A DNA stretch of 64,000 nt from an uncultured bacterium (GTDB lineage Bacteria > Hydrothermota > UBA3073 > NMUJ01 > CBEVQO01), in assembly GCA_965552055.1 (NCBI GenBank), contig CBEVQO010000003.1, positions 192,001 through 256,000 on the forward strand. The letters run 5' to 3'. Position numbers and translations under genes: made by a program. Below are positions 20,535-31,120 of this stretch, in pieces (positions within the stretch are counted from its first letter, which is position 1; each line of letters begins with the position of its first letter). The notes below the pieces were generated by a model. That model ran no database searches. It saw only the letters and a list, made by a program, of their open reading frames with translations, and was not told the DNA's origin.

Positions 20535-21370
20535 TACATGAACCAGCATTTACTAAAGAAATACTTGAATTTTTATCACCTCTGGATAATAAAGTTATAA
20601 TCGATTGTACATTAGGCACAGGAGGGCATACTTTAGCTATAGTTGAAGCATCCCAAAATGTAAGAGTTTATGCGATTGACCTTGACCCTGAATCCATTGC
20701 TTTTGCCAAGAAAAGATTATCCAAATATAAAGACAGGATTGAGTTTTTAAACATAAATTTTGCAGAAGTCGATGAATTTATAGAAGAAAAAGTTGATGGT
20801 GTGATAATGGATTTAGGGATATCTTCATTTCAGCTTGATAATCCTGAGCGTGGTTTCAGCTATCAGCTGTCAGGTCCGCTTGATATGCGTTTTAACCGCT
20901 TTACTGGGCGTCCACTATCCGAAAGATTGAAAAAATTATCAGAATGGAGAATAGGCGAAATTTTAAAAGAATACGGCGAAGAACCTCTTGCCCGTAAAAT
21001 AGGAAGAGAAATAGCACTGAGAAAACCAGAAACTACTGAAGAATTAAGAGAAATTGTAGAGAAAGCAACAAGAGGATATTTTACAGATAAAACTTTAAAA
21101 AGAGTATTTCAAGCATTCCGTATTTTTATAAATCAGGAACTTGACAATCTTGAAGAGGCATTACCTATTCTTACCGAGAAATTGAAAACAGGCGGTAGAA
21201 TTTGTGTAATATCTTATCACTCGCTCGAAGACCGCATCGTAAAGAATTTCTTTAAAAATTGCGACAAACTAAAAGTCCTGACAAAAAAACCAATGGAACC
21301 TGCAGAAGAAGATATTAATAAAAACAAAAGAATAAGAACAGCAAAATTAAGAGTGGCAGAAAAGATATGA
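20531..21370 (+). CDS. rsmH: 16S rRNA m4C1402 methyltransferase
   Basis: DCTLGTGGH, DLGISSFQLD..RGFS, PLDMR, FQAFRIFINQEL, SYHSLEDRIVK. Confidence 0.96.
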   Translation: MIHEPAFTKEILEFLSPLDNKVIIDCTLGTGGHTLAIVEASQNVRVYAIDLDPESIAFAKKRLSKYKDRIEFLNINFAEVDEFIEEKVDGVIMDLGISSFQLDNPERGFSYQLSGPLDMRFNRFTGRPLSERLKKLSEWRIGEILKEYGEEPLARKIGREIALRKPETTEELREIVEKATRGYFTDKTLKRVFQAFRIFINQELDNLEEALPILTEKLKTGGRICVISYHSLEDRIVKNFFKNCDKLKVLTKKPMEPAEEDINKNKRIRTAKLRVAEKI

Positions 21371-21582
21371 AATTTATTTTTTATGTCATTTCAATAATTT
21401 TGATTGCTTTGATTTATCTTTTTGAATATTCGTTGATGATGAAATTGATGTTAAAGGCAAATAAACTCGAAAAAGAATACAGGAGGAAATTAGAAGAAGT
21501 AAAGACTTTAAGGGTGGAATTCCATAAGTTATGTTCTTACCGTGGTATAATGGAATTATCAAAAAATGTATTTAAAGATTAG
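21367..21582 (+). CDS. putative cell-division protein FtsL (TM plus coiled coil)
   Basis: Position between rsmH and ftsI; architecture only. Confidence 0.55.
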   Translation: MKFIFYVISIILIALIYLFEYSLMMKLMLKANKLEKEYRRKLEEVKTLRVEFHKLCSYRGIMELSKNVFKD

Positions 21583-22987
21583 GATATTTGGAGTATTTTT
21601 GATTTTAATATTTTTGGGATTGCTTTCCCGTGTTTTTTATTTGCAGATAATAAAATATAAGAAATGTGCGAGTGAGATTGAAAATCTTGTAGAGTGTTTT
21701 AGGATTTTGTATCCCGAAAGGGGCACGATTTATGACCGCAATGGTAAAATACTTGCGACAAATGTAAAGGGCAAAAGGATATATCCTCTTTCTGTATGCA
21801 GGGAATTGATAGGTTTTGTTTCGGTTGATGGCAGTGGACTTGGTGGAATTGAATATGAATTTGACAAAATATTGAGAGGCAAAAAAGGGATTATGGAGCT
21901 TGGCAGGACGCCTACAGGCAGGATATATCCTCATCCACAATATTCTATAAAACCTGCGATCGATGGGAAAGATATAATTTTAACAATAGATGCGGATATT
22001 CAGCAAATAATAGAGGAAGCACTTGAAGATGCAGTAAAGGCACAAAGAGCAAAAAGCGGTTCTGTAATTGTTCTAAATCCGAAAACAGGAGAAATACTCG
22101 GAATAGCAACATATCCCCACAATGTTGAGAGATTAAGACCTGTTACTGACCTTTTTGAACCAGGTTCTACTTTTAAAATCGCTACAATGCTCGCAGTATT
22201 GAAGGATAACAAAATAAAGCCACAGGATATAGTAGATGATAAAGGGGAGATAAAAGTAGGAGACATTGAGATAAAAGATTTAGAGAAACATGGTCCGATA
22301 ACATTTGCCGAAGCTGTCTGGATATCGAGCAATGTTGGTTTTGTTAAGATGGCGAGACTTGTTGGTAAAAGGCGTCTTTATGAGGAAGCAAGGCTCCTGG
22401 GTTTTGGAGCAAAGACAGGGATTAAATTGCCGGCAGAAGGAAAAGGTTGGTTACCGCCCTATACCCGCTGGACCGACGCAGATTTCGCATGTATCGCTTT
22501 CGGACAGGGAATAAGCTGTACATTGCTTCAACTTGCAATGGCATATCAAGCAATAGCGAACAAAGGAATATTATTGAAACCAAGGATTGTACTTGAGATA
22601 AGAAAAGGGAATAAGGTTTATTATAGCAGTAAAGTCGAAAAAGTAAGGCGTGTTTGTAGCGAAGAGGTAGCAAAGGAATTGACACAATTGTTAATAGGAG
22701 TTGTGGAATATGGCACGGGTAAATTGACAAAGATGAAAGGCATAAAAATTGCGGGTAAAACAGGAACAGCGCAGAAATTTATAAAAGGGAAATATTCCGA
22801 AGATAAAAATATATCAACATTTGTAGGTTTCTTACCGGCTGACGACCCACAGATACTCGTAGCATGCATGCTTGATGAACCAAGATATGGATTAAGTAGC
22901 GAAGTGTGTGTGCCACTTTTCAGGAAAATAGTTAAAAGAATAATCAAATTGAAAGATTATGAGATTAAATCAATTGCTCAAAAATAG
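21566..22987 (+). CDS. ftsI: class B PBP / FtsI, short form
   Basis: RGTIYDRNG, EPGSTFK (SxxK), SSN, KTGTAQK. Confidence 0.9.
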   Translation: MYLKIRIFGVFLILIFLGLLSRVFYLQIIKYKKCASEIENLVECFRILYPERGTIYDRNGKILATNVKGKRIYPLSVCRELIGFVSVDGSGLGGIEYEFDKILRGKKGIMELGRTPTGRIYPHPQYSIKPAIDGKDIILTIDADIQQIIEEALEDAVKAQRAKSGSVIVLNPKTGEILGIATYPHNVERLRPVTDLFEPGSTFKIATMLAVLKDNKIKPQDIVDDKGEIKVGDIEIKDLEKHGPITFAEAVWISSNVGFVKMARLVGKRRLYEEARLLGFGAKTGIKLPAEGKGWLPPYTRWTDADFACIAFGQGISCTLLQLAMAYQAIANKGILLKPRIVLEIRKGNKVYYSSKVEKVRRVCSEEVAKELTQLLIGVVEYGTGKLTKMKGIKIAGKTGTAQKFIKGKYSEDKNISTFVGFLPADDPQILVACMLDEPRYGLSSEVCVPLFRKIVKRIIKLKDYEIKSIAQK

Positions 22988-24374
22988 CGGTTTAAGATAC
23001 AGGCTTAAAAATTTTAAGGATTTTGATGTTAAAGGCATTGCTTATGATTCAAGAGATGTTCAAAAGGATTTTTTGTTTGTTGCAAAGACACCCGAATATG
23101 TTGAAGATGCGATAAAAAGAAGTGCAAAGGCAATAGTTACAGATAGGGAGTTGCCCTATAAAATTACACAGATAATTGCGGGAAATCCAAGAAGATTTTT
23201 ATCAAGGATTTCAAAGATTTATTATAATAGACCCGATGAGAAAATAAAAGTAATAGGAATTACAGGAACGAATGGTAAAACGACTACATCTTTTTTGATA
23301 AAGTCAATATTTGATTCAGCGGGATACAAAACAGGGCTTATCGGCACGATTGAGTATTTGATAGGCGATAAAAAGATTGAAGAAGGGTTAACCACGCCAG
23401 AATCTCTCGATATTTACAGGATTATGGATAAAATGGTGAAAGAAAAAGTCGATGTATGTATTATGGAAGTATCATCACATGGACTATCACAATGTAGGGT
23501 TGAAGATGTTGATTTTGATGTAGCAGTGCTTACAGAAATTGGAAGAGACCATCTTGATTATCACAAAACTTTTAGAAATTATTTGTATGCCAAAGCAAAA
23601 TTATTTAAACTGCTTAAAGAAGGAAAATTAGCCGTGTTAAATAAAGATTGCGAATATTTTGATTTCTTTAAAAAGTTTGTTAAATCAAAATTAATTACCT
23701 ATGGTAGAGATGGCGATGTAAGGGGAAAAATCATAGAGATGAAGCTAAACGGGATGAAAGTAGAGATTGAATTTAAAAAGGAGAAATATAGTTTTGATGT
23801 GAATTTAACGGGTGATTATAATCTTTATAACATTATGGCGAGTTTTTGTGTAGGAGCAGGTTTAAATATTTCGATTGACAAAGTGATAGAAGGAATAAGG
23901 AGTTTAAAAGGTGTAAGAGGCAGATTTGAAGTTATTGGGAATGTTGTCATAGATTTTGCGCATACGCCGGATGCTCTTTTCAATTTTTTAAGTGCTTTAC
24001 GGAAATTGAATAAGGGAAAACTTGTATGTGTTTTTGGTGCAGGTGGGGAGCGTGACCCCAGAAAGCGTCCCTTGATGGGTAAGGTAGCGGAAGAAATCGC
24101 AGATTTTGTGATTGTAACATCAGATAATCCAAGAAGAGAAGACCCAAGAAAAATAATCAAGGATATTTTGAAAGGGATGAAAAAGGAAAATCATAAAGTG
24201 ATAGAAGATAGAAGAGAAGCGATAGAATATGCTATTAAAATGGCAGGAAAAGAAGATATTGTAGCAATATGTGGAAAGGGACATGAACAGTATCAAATCA
24301 TAGGCGATAAAAAAATATTTTTCGACGAAAGAAAAATCGTTAAAAGTTTGTTAAAAAGGAGGGGTTATGGTTAA
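22959..24374 (+). CDS. murE: UDP-MurNAc-tripeptide synthetase, meso-DAP-type DNPR motif
   Basis: GITGTNGKTTT, TTPE, MEVSSH, DHLDYH, SDNPR, GKGHE. Confidence 0.95.
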   Translation: MRLNQLLKNSGLRYRLKNFKDFDVKGIAYDSRDVQKDFLFVAKTPEYVEDAIKRSAKAIVTDRELPYKITQIIAGNPRRFLSRISKIYYNRPDEKIKVIGITGTNGKTTTSFLIKSIFDSAGYKTGLIGTIEYLIGDKKIEEGLTTPESLDIYRIMDKMVKEKVDVCIMEVSSHGLSQCRVEDVDFDVAVLTEIGRDHLDYHKTFRNYLYAKAKLFKLLKEGKLAVLNKDCEYFDFFKKFVKSKLITYGRDGDVRGKIIEMKLNGMKVEIEFKKEKYSFDVNLTGDYNLYNIMASFCVGAGLNISIDKVIEGIRSLKGVRGRFEVIGNVVIDFAHTPDALFNFLSALRKLNKGKLVCVFGAGGERDPRKRPLMGKVAEEIADFVIVTSDNPRREDPRKIIKDILKGMKKENHKVIEDRREAIEYAIKMAGKEDIVAICGKGHEQYQIIGDKKIFFDERKIVKSLLKRRGYG

Positions 24375-25416
24375 GTTTTCAAAAGTTATTTTAATATTTT
24401 TGATAGCGGGTTGTGTTCATGTTGATATGCTGTTCGATAAAATCGTGAGAAGCGTTACAAATATCGGTGAGTGTTATGACATGGCATTTGGTATAACATC
24501 GGGCAATGTGAAAGGCGACACCACACAATATGTTTATGTTGGAGATGAATCGGGATATCTTTATGAGTTTAAATGGGATGGTAAAAAATGGGAAAAGAGT
24601 GTTTTAATGTGTGCAGAAGGCGGTATTGTTGAACTCAAGATATTCTCACTTCGTAATAAAGCTTGTCTTTATGCTGGGAGTTATGATGGAAATGTTTATG
24701 AATTTGAGTGGGATAATGGCTGGAAAAAATCAATTGTGCTATCGACATATGGAGTAATCTGGGGGTTAGAAATAGGTAATGCAAGGGGTGATGGCAAGAT
24801 GCGACTTTATGCGATTTCATCTGAAGGTATTATTTATGAAATTGAGTGGAACGGAGCTTACTGGCAGGCGGATACCGTAGGGACACAATATTACTCTATA
24901 TGGGGGCTGACACTGGGCGATGCAAGAGGTGATGGCAAATCCCGTCTTTATACGGTAAATAGCATGGGTGAAATTTATGAATATGAGTGGAATGGAACAG
25001 AATGGATAGGGAATGAAATAGGGTATGTGGCATGGGATGGCGAGCGAATCTGCATTGCAGATAGGGGCGATGGTAAGCCACGCATCTATGTAGCTGGTTA
25101 TTACGGATTATATGAGTTTGAATGGAACACAACAGGCTGGAGTAAAACTTATATTAAAAAAATAAGCGACGCAAATGATGTCATTGCTATGAATATAGGT
25201 GGAGAAAATGCTTTATTGGTTTCAGATTCACAGGGTTTACTGCATTTGCTGAAATACGATGGCGAATGGAATGTCGAGGATATTGAAATAAGCGATAGAA
25301 GTGTAAAAAGATTAACTGCAACGGGACAAAAAATCTTTGCTTCTTGTTTCGATTACTGTGTATATGAGATAATATTCAAAGATATTCATCAGGAAATCGA
25401 AGTCGCGGGAAAATGA
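24367..25416 (+). CDS. putative beta-propeller lipoprotein
   Basis: Lipobox-like IAGC; about seven repeats of G.ARGDGK.RLY...G.IYE.EWNG..W. Confidence 0.7.
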   Translation: MVKFSKVILIFLIAGCVHVDMLFDKIVRSVTNIGECYDMAFGITSGNVKGDTTQYVYVGDESGYLYEFKWDGKKWEKSVLMCAEGGIVELKIFSLRNKACLYAGSYDGNVYEFEWDNGWKKSIVLSTYGVIWGLEIGNARGDGKMRLYAISSEGIIYEIEWNGAYWQADTVGTQYYSIWGLTLGDARGDGKSRLYTVNSMGEIYEYEWNGTEWIGNEIGYVAWDGERICIADRGDGKPRIYVAGYYGLYEFEWNTTGWSKTYIKKISDANDVIAMNIGGENALLVSDSQGLLHLLKYDGEWNVEDIEISDRSVKRLTATGQKIFASCFDYCVYEIIFKDIHQEIEVAGK

Positions 25417-26708
25417 ATTTGAATCCCAAAAAACTGGCGAAAATAATAAATGGCAGACCTTATAAATTGAAGTCAAAAGTTATAAAAGGCTTTTCGATAG
25501 ATTCGCGCACAATAAAAGAAGGCGAAGTTTTTATCGCAATAAAAGGAGAAAAATTCGATGGTCATCAATTTGTCGAAGAAGCTCAAAAAAAGAGTAAAAC
25601 TTTTGCAATTTGTGAAAGGCCCGTAAAAAAAGATATAATTTTGGTAAAAGATACAAAGGAAGCTTTAAAAAGGATAGCAAAATATTTACGAGAATTAAAA
25701 AGGACGCGATTTATAGCGATAACAGGGTCAAATGGAAAAACAACAACAAAAGAAATGGTGTATCAAATTTTAAGCACTCATTACGATGTCACAAAGAGCA
25801 TAAAAAGTTACAACAATTTGTTTGGTGTCGCACTTACTATTTTTAATCTTAAGGATGAAGAGATTTGCGTATGTGAACTTGGTATGAATCACAGGGGAGA
25901 AATTGACGAGCTTGCACGGATTGTTCAACCAGAGACAGGTATTGTTTTAAATGTCGCACCTGCGCATATCGGATTTTTTAAAAATATAGATGAAATTGCA
26001 GAAGCCAAAAAAGAATTAATTAAATATCCGCAGAAATTGATATTAAATGCAGATGATGAAAAAATCAAGGATTGGAAAACAGAAAAAGAAACAATTTGGT
26101 TTGGCATAAAATCGGGCGATGTTAGAGCAAGAAACATTGAAGTGTCAGAAAATGGCACAGATTTTATTTGTGAGGGAGTTGATTTCCATCTCAATTTTAT
26201 AGGCATTCATCATGTTTATAATGCACTTGCTGCTATCTGTGCAGGCAGGCTTTATGGAATAGGTATGCATACGATGTCAGATGCATTAAGAAAAGTGAAT
26301 CCATCGGAAGGGAGAGGTAAAGTTTTTGAAAAAAGAGGAATTAAAATTTATGACAGTTCATATAATGCAAATCCAAAATCTATGGAATGTGAACTTGAAG
26401 CATTTTCTTTTCTTTCCGGGAAAAGAAAAATAGCGGTATTGGGCGATATGTTAGAGCTGGGAGAAAAAGCACGCGATTTCCACATAGAGATTGGTAGAAA
26501 ACTGGAAAAATACGGCATAAATTATTTAATAGCATACGGAGATTTAGCAAAATATTATCTCGAAGATGTAAAAATTCCTTCTTATTATTTCAGCTCGAAA
26601 GAAGAATTGACACAATTTTTGCGTAAATTTGTTGAAGAGGGTGATGCTGTGTTCTTTAAAGCATCGAGAAAAATAGGGTTGGATGAGGTTATAAACGAGG
26701 TGTTTTGA
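25413..26708 (+). CDS. murF: UDP-MurNAc-pentapeptide synthetase
   Basis: SIDSR, ITGSNGKTTTKE, ELGMNHRGEI, YNANP, LGDMLELG, KASR. Confidence 0.95.
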   Translation: MNLNPKKLAKIINGRPYKLKSKVIKGFSIDSRTIKEGEVFIAIKGEKFDGHQFVEEAQKKSKTFAICERPVKKDIILVKDTKEALKRIAKYLRELKRTRFIAITGSNGKTTTKEMVYQILSTHYDVTKSIKSYNNLFGVALTIFNLKDEEICVCELGMNHRGEIDELARIVQPETGIVLNVAPAHIGFFKNIDEIAEAKKELIKYPQKLILNADDEKIKDWKTEKETIWFGIKSGDVRARNIEVSENGTDFICEGVDFHLNFIGIHHVYNALAAICAGRLYGIGMHTMSDALRKVNPSEGRGKVFEKRGIKIYDSSYNANPKSMECELEAFSFLSGKRKIAVLGDMLELGEKARDFHIEIGRKLEKYGINYLIAYGDLAKYYLEDVKIPSYYFSSKEELTQFLRKFVEEGDAVFFKASRKIGLDEVINEVF

Positions 26709-27781
26709 TGCTTTACCATTTTCTTTATCCATTAAAAGAAATATGGTTTCCGTTTAATGTTTTTCGCTACATTACATTCAGGACAGCGGGTGCAGGTGTT
26801 ACATCTGCATTTATTTTTTTTCTGTTAGCACCACGCTTTATAAAATTTATTGAGAAAAAAGGATTTTATGCAAATCCACGGGACCCTGCACTTAAAGATA
26901 CCACTCCAAAATTAACATTGGGAGGTGTGTTGATATTATTTTCGGTTCTTATATCTACGATTTTATGGGCAGACATTACAAAAGGCATAGTTTTACTTGC
27001 ACTTTCTACGACACTTGGAATGGGATTGATAGGACTTTTTGATGATTTTATGAAAATAAAACTGGGTGACGGTGTAAAAGCACGCTGGAAATTGCTCTAT
27101 CAGGCGATAATAGCGGGGATTGTCAGTTTTTTTCTGTTAAGAATATGGAAAAATTTTGAATTCGCAACATCGACAAATATTTTGTTTTTTAAAGAAGTAT
27201 TGTTAAAATTTGGAATTTTGTATCCTCTCTTTGTGGTCATTGTTTTACTTTCTACCGTGAACTCTGCTAATTTAGCGGATGGGCTTGATGGATTGGCTGC
27301 GGGTTTGTCACTCGAAGCTGCTGTAGCTTATGCTATTCTCGCTTATATTGCAGGTAATATAAAAGCCAGCAGTTATCTTGGTGTTATTTATGTTCCGGGT
27401 TGTGGTGAGATAACGGTATTTCTATCATCGGTTGCAGGAGCATTACTCGGGTTCTTATGGTATAATTTTTATCCCGCAAGGATAATAATGGGGGATGTGG
27501 GGGCAATGGGGGTTGGGGGAGCAATCGGAATATCTGCAATATTAACAAAGCAGGAGATACTTTTGATAATAGTTGGAGGTGTTTTTGTGCTCGAAGCTTT
27601 ATCTGTAATTTTACAGGTTATGTATTTCAAAATAACTGGCGGAAAAAGAATATTCAGAATGACACCTCTACACCATCACTATCAGTTAAAGGGTGACAAA
27701 GAGCCACAGATCGTTGTGAGATTCTGGATTCTTGGATTGATTTTCATGCTTTTTGCACTTTCCACCCTTAAATTGCGTTAA
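26708..27781 (+). CDS. mraY: phospho-MurNAc-pentapeptide transferase
   Basis: FRYITFR, DGLDGL, MGDVG, PLHHH; multi-TM. Confidence 0.95.
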   Translation: MLYHFLYPLKEIWFPFNVFRYITFRTAGAGVTSAFIFFLLAPRFIKFIEKKGFYANPRDPALKDTTPKLTLGGVLILFSVLISTILWADITKGIVLLALSTTLGMGLIGLFDDFMKIKLGDGVKARWKLLYQAIIAGIVSFFLLRIWKNFEFATSTNILFFKEVLLKFGILYPLFVVIVLLSTVNSANLADGLDGLAAGLSLEAAVAYAILAYIAGNIKASSYLGVIYVPGCGEITVFLSSVAGALLGFLWYNFYPARIIMGDVGAMGVGGAIGISAILTKQEILLIIVGGVFVLEALSVILQVMYFKITGGKRIFRMTPLHHHYQLKGDKEPQIVVRFWILGLIFMLFALSTLKLR

Positions 27782-27796
27782 CAAACCAAAAAATCA

Positions 27797-27824
27797 TTGA
27801 CAATTTCGAAAGATGAATTATATT
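27797..27824 (+). promoter_or_regulatory. internal dcw promoter TTGACA-N16-TATATT, 7 nt before the murD ATG
   Basis: Boxes in the mraY-murD gap. Confidence 0.55.
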
Positions 27825-27831
27825 GAGGTGC

Positions 27832-29064
27832 ATGAGAGTAAGCATTGTTGGATTCGGTAGAGCCGGTAAATCATGTGCCGAATTTTTGCATAAAAAAGGT
27901 TTTGAAATTTTTATAAGTGAAAAGGAAAACATAGAAATCCCTGAATGGGCAGAAGGAGAAACAGGCTGTCATACGGAAAAAATTTTGAATGCCGATTTTA
28001 TAGTTTGCAGTCCCGGAGTGCCTGATTTACCTGTTTTTGAAAAAGCAAAGAAAATGGGAATACCTGTAGTTGATGAAATAGAAATAGGTTTTAAATATTG
28101 CAAAAACAAAACAGTAGCCATAACCGGAACAAATGGCAAGACAACAACCTGTTATCTGTTAAAAAACATTTTGGATAAAGCAGGTAAAAAAGCGGTAATC
28201 GCAGGGAATATGGGGATACCTTTTACCGGAATAGTTAACGATTTGAAAGGAGATGAAATTGTGATTCTTGAAGTAAGTTCCTTTCAATTGCGAAGAATAA
28301 ATAAATTTCGACCTTATATAGGGATGATTTTGAACATTTCCGAGGACCATCTGGATAAACATAAAGATTTTGAGGAGTATGTTAATGCAAAATTTAGGAT
28401 TTTTGAGAATCAAAAAGAAGAAGATTTTGCCTTATTGAATGAAAATTTAAAAGGATATTCCCATGTTCAGCGGATAAAATCGCAAATTTTTTGGCTTTCG
28501 GAGGTGGATTATCCTGTATTATGGCGTTGCTGGCGTTTAGATGCTACATTTGCTGCAAAAGCTGCAGAAATCTTGAGCTGTAATAAAGATGCAATAGAAG
28601 AAGGGATAAAAACTTACAAGGGAGTGCCTCATCGTCTTGAACTGGTAGCGGAATTTGAAGGAAGATTTTTTGTAAATAATTCTATGTGCACAAATCCCGA
28701 AGCTTTTGAAAAATCATTGTTATCTTTTGACAAAAAGCCGATAGTTATATGCGGTGGAAAGGATAAAGGTTTCGGCGTAGAGAGAATTTGCCCTGCACTA
28801 AAAGAAAATGCAAAATTTGCAATCTTAATCGGTGAAACAAAAGAAAAAATTTCCGAAAAATTACGGAAATTAAAGTACAAAAATTTCCGAATTGTTGAAG
28901 ATATGTGTGAGGCTGTTTTTGAAGCTTTTTCTGTGAGTTCAAGAGGTGATTATATCGTTTTGAATCCGGGTTTTGCGAGTTTTGATCAATTTAAAGATTT
29001 CGCAGATAGGGGGGAAAAATTCAAGAATTGCGTTCAAAATTTGATTTCGGTTTATTCTTCGTAG
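27832..29064 (+). CDS. murD: UDP-MurNAc-L-Ala--D-Glu ligase
   Basis: SPGVP, ITGTNGKTTT, LEVSSFQL, DHLDKH, HRLE, ASFDQF...RG. Confidence 0.93.
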   Translation: MRVSIVGFGRAGKSCAEFLHKKGFEIFISEKENIEIPEWAEGETGCHTEKILNADFIVCSPGVPDLPVFEKAKKMGIPVVDEIEIGFKYCKNKTVAITGTNGKTTTCYLLKNILDKAGKKAVIAGNMGIPFTGIVNDLKGDEIVILEVSSFQLRRINKFRPYIGMILNISEDHLDKHKDFEEYVNAKFRIFENQKEEDFALLNENLKGYSHVQRIKSQIFWLSEVDYPVLWRCWRLDATFAAKAAEILSCNKDAIEEGIKTYKGVPHRLELVAEFEGRFFVNNSMCTNPEAFEKSLLSFDKKPIVICGGKDKGFGVERICPALKENAKFAILIGETKEKISEKLRKLKYKNFRIVEDMCEAVFEAFSVSSRGDYIVLNPGFASFDQFKDFADRGEKFKNCVQNLISVYSS

Positions 29065-30086
29065 TTTTGATACTCGGTTTTTGGGGATGCATAATGGTTT
29101 ATTCTGCAACAATGTATGCTTTGCTTTGTGGCGTACCTTCAGAGAAATACTTGCAAAAACAATTTTTGTTGCTCATTTTTGCAGTGATAATTTGCTTATT
29201 TTTTTCGAAACTAAACTATAAAGTCCTCGATAAATTTGCTTTACCAATTTATTTTATCGTATTTTTATTTCTGGTTGCTGTTTTATTTCAAAAGGGGTAT
29301 AGAGGGGTTCACAGGTGGTTAAAAGTGTGGAAGATAACTTTTCAGCCTTCGATGCTCGCAAAATATGCCATAATCATTTTTGTGTCGCACATTTTGAAAG
29401 ATGAGGAAAGAGTAAAATCTTTTAAACGAGGTGTTTTACCTGTTATCGCTTTTACTTTAATTTATGGAGCACTTCTTGGTCTTGAACCTTCAATGGGCAT
29501 GATGGTTTTGATAACTTTAACAGCAATCGCTACGATGATAATAAGCGGAGTTAAACCCAAATACATTTTATTGATAGTACTTTTACTAATTGGTGGCTTT
29601 ATATTTGCTGCTTACAAAATACCTTATGTTAAGCACAGGATAGATTTGTTTTTAAATAGAAGTAGCGGACAGGTTAGGACTGCGATTCTTGGTATAGGTA
29701 GTGGTGGTCTTTTAGGCGTGGGTCTTGGTTCAGGGAGATGTAAAATGCTTGTGGTAGCTTATCCCCATACAGATTTTATGTTTGCTACAATAGCAGAAGA
29801 ACTTGGGTTTGTAGGTGTAGTGATGTTATTTTTCCTTTATTTTGCACTAATGGTAAGGGGTTTCAAAATAGCGTTAAAAGCACCTGATAGATTTTCATCC
29901 CTGCTTTCTTTCGGTATTACATTCTGTATAGTTTTAAATGCTATAATTCATATTGCGGTATCCACCGGTTTATGTCCTCCTACAGGTCTTCCTTTACCTT
30001 TTTTGAGCGCAAGCGGCAGTGCGCTTGTTAGTGATTTTGCTGCAGTGGGTATTCTTTTGAATATCTCGAAGAAAAGAATAGAATGA
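29028..30086 (+). CDS. ftsW: SEDS peptidoglycan glycosyltransferase FtsW
   Basis: MVYSA, RWL...FQPS, HTDFMF..IAEELG, PPTGLPLPFLS. Confidence 0.9.
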   Translation: MRSKFDFGLFFVVLILGFWGCIMVYSATMYALLCGVPSEKYLQKQFLLLIFAVIICLFFSKLNYKVLDKFALPIYFIVFLFLVAVLFQKGYRGVHRWLKVWKITFQPSMLAKYAIIIFVSHILKDEERVKSFKRGVLPVIAFTLIYGALLGLEPSMGMMVLITLTAIATMIISGVKPKYILLIVLLLIGGFIFAAYKIPYVKHRIDLFLNRSSGQVRTAILGIGSGGLLGVGLGSGRCKMLVVAYPHTDFMFATIAEELGFVGVVMLFFLYFALMVRGFKIALKAPDRFSSLLSFGITFCIVLNAIIHIAVSTGLCPPTGLPLPFLSASGSALVSDFAAVGILLNISKKRIE

Positions 30087-31120
30087 AAAAGATTTTAATA
30101 GCAGGCGGTGGCACAGGAGGTCATATCTTTCCAGCGATAGCAATCGCAGAGGAACTAAAAAATTTGAACTTTGAACCAGTTTTAGTGGGTTCAAGATGGG
30201 GGATAGAAGGGAATATTTTTCCGAAATATCCTTTTAAGTATTATCTAACTCATCAAATGGGCTTTGTTGGGAAGAACTTTATTCGGAAAATTTTCTCAAT
30301 CATAAATTTCCTAATCGCTATTTTTGAAGTTTTGGTTATAATTTTTAAGGAAAAACCTGCTGCTGTTGTAGGTACAGGCGGTTATGCTTCATTTTTGCCT
30401 GTTTTCTTTTTATCTTTAATGGGAAAACCTTCGTTAATAACGGAGATAGATTCGATACCCGGTTTTGTTACGAAATTTTTAAGCAGGTTTGTCCGTGAAG
30501 TTCATGTAGCATTTCCCACAGTTAAGTATTATCTTCCTTGCAGGAAGATTCGGCATTCAGGTTTCCCTATTCGTCGTTCTATTTTAAGCAGTAAAGGGGA
30601 AACAGAGAGGGGGTCAATTTTTATACTCGGGGGGTCGCAGGGTTCCCTGAAACTCAACCTTATAGCAAAAGATTTGCCAAAATATTTACCGAAAAAATTC
30701 AGAATAATATGGCAAAAAGGAAGATTTTCCGAAAAAATTCCAGAAATTAAAGATGAAAGGGTTGAGGTTTATGAATTTATAGATGATATGGGCAAATTTT
30801 TGCGTCGCGCGGAATTAATAGTTGCACGAGCAGGTGCTCTAACAATAGGTGAAATCGCAGTTTTAGGTAAACCGTCAATTTTGATACCTTTCCCTTATTC
30901 TGCAAGAGGGCATCAGCTACACAATGCCTTATATTATAAGCAATTAGGTGCATGTGAAATTATTTTGGAAAAAGACTTGACAGCCCCATATCTTGCACAA
31001 AAAATAATAGATATGATGTCTTCTCCTGAAAAGTTGAGAAAAATGTCTTATTCGGCAAAAAAATTCGGAAAAATTTCCACAAAAATAATTGCTGAAAGGA
31101 TAAGATGTTTCGTCACATAA
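30083..31120 (+). CDS. murG: lipid I GlcNAc transferase
   Basis: GGGTGGHIFP, GTGGY, GGSQG, RAGALT.GE, HQLHNA. Confidence 0.96.
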   Translation: MKKILIAGGGTGGHIFPAIAIAEELKNLNFEPVLVGSRWGIEGNIFPKYPFKYYLTHQMGFVGKNFIRKIFSIINFLIAIFEVLVIIFKEKPAAVVGTGGYASFLPVFFLSLMGKPSLITEIDSIPGFVTKFLSRFVREVHVAFPTVKYYLPCRKIRHSGFPIRRSILSSKGETERGSIFILGGSQGSLKLNLIAKDLPKYLPKKFRIIWQKGRFSEKIPEIKDERVEVYEFIDDMGKFLRRAELIVARAGALTIGEIAVLGKPSILIPFPYSARGHQLHNALYYKQLGACEIILEKDLTAPYLAQKIIDMMSSPEKLRKMSYSAKKFGKISTKIIAERIRCFVT

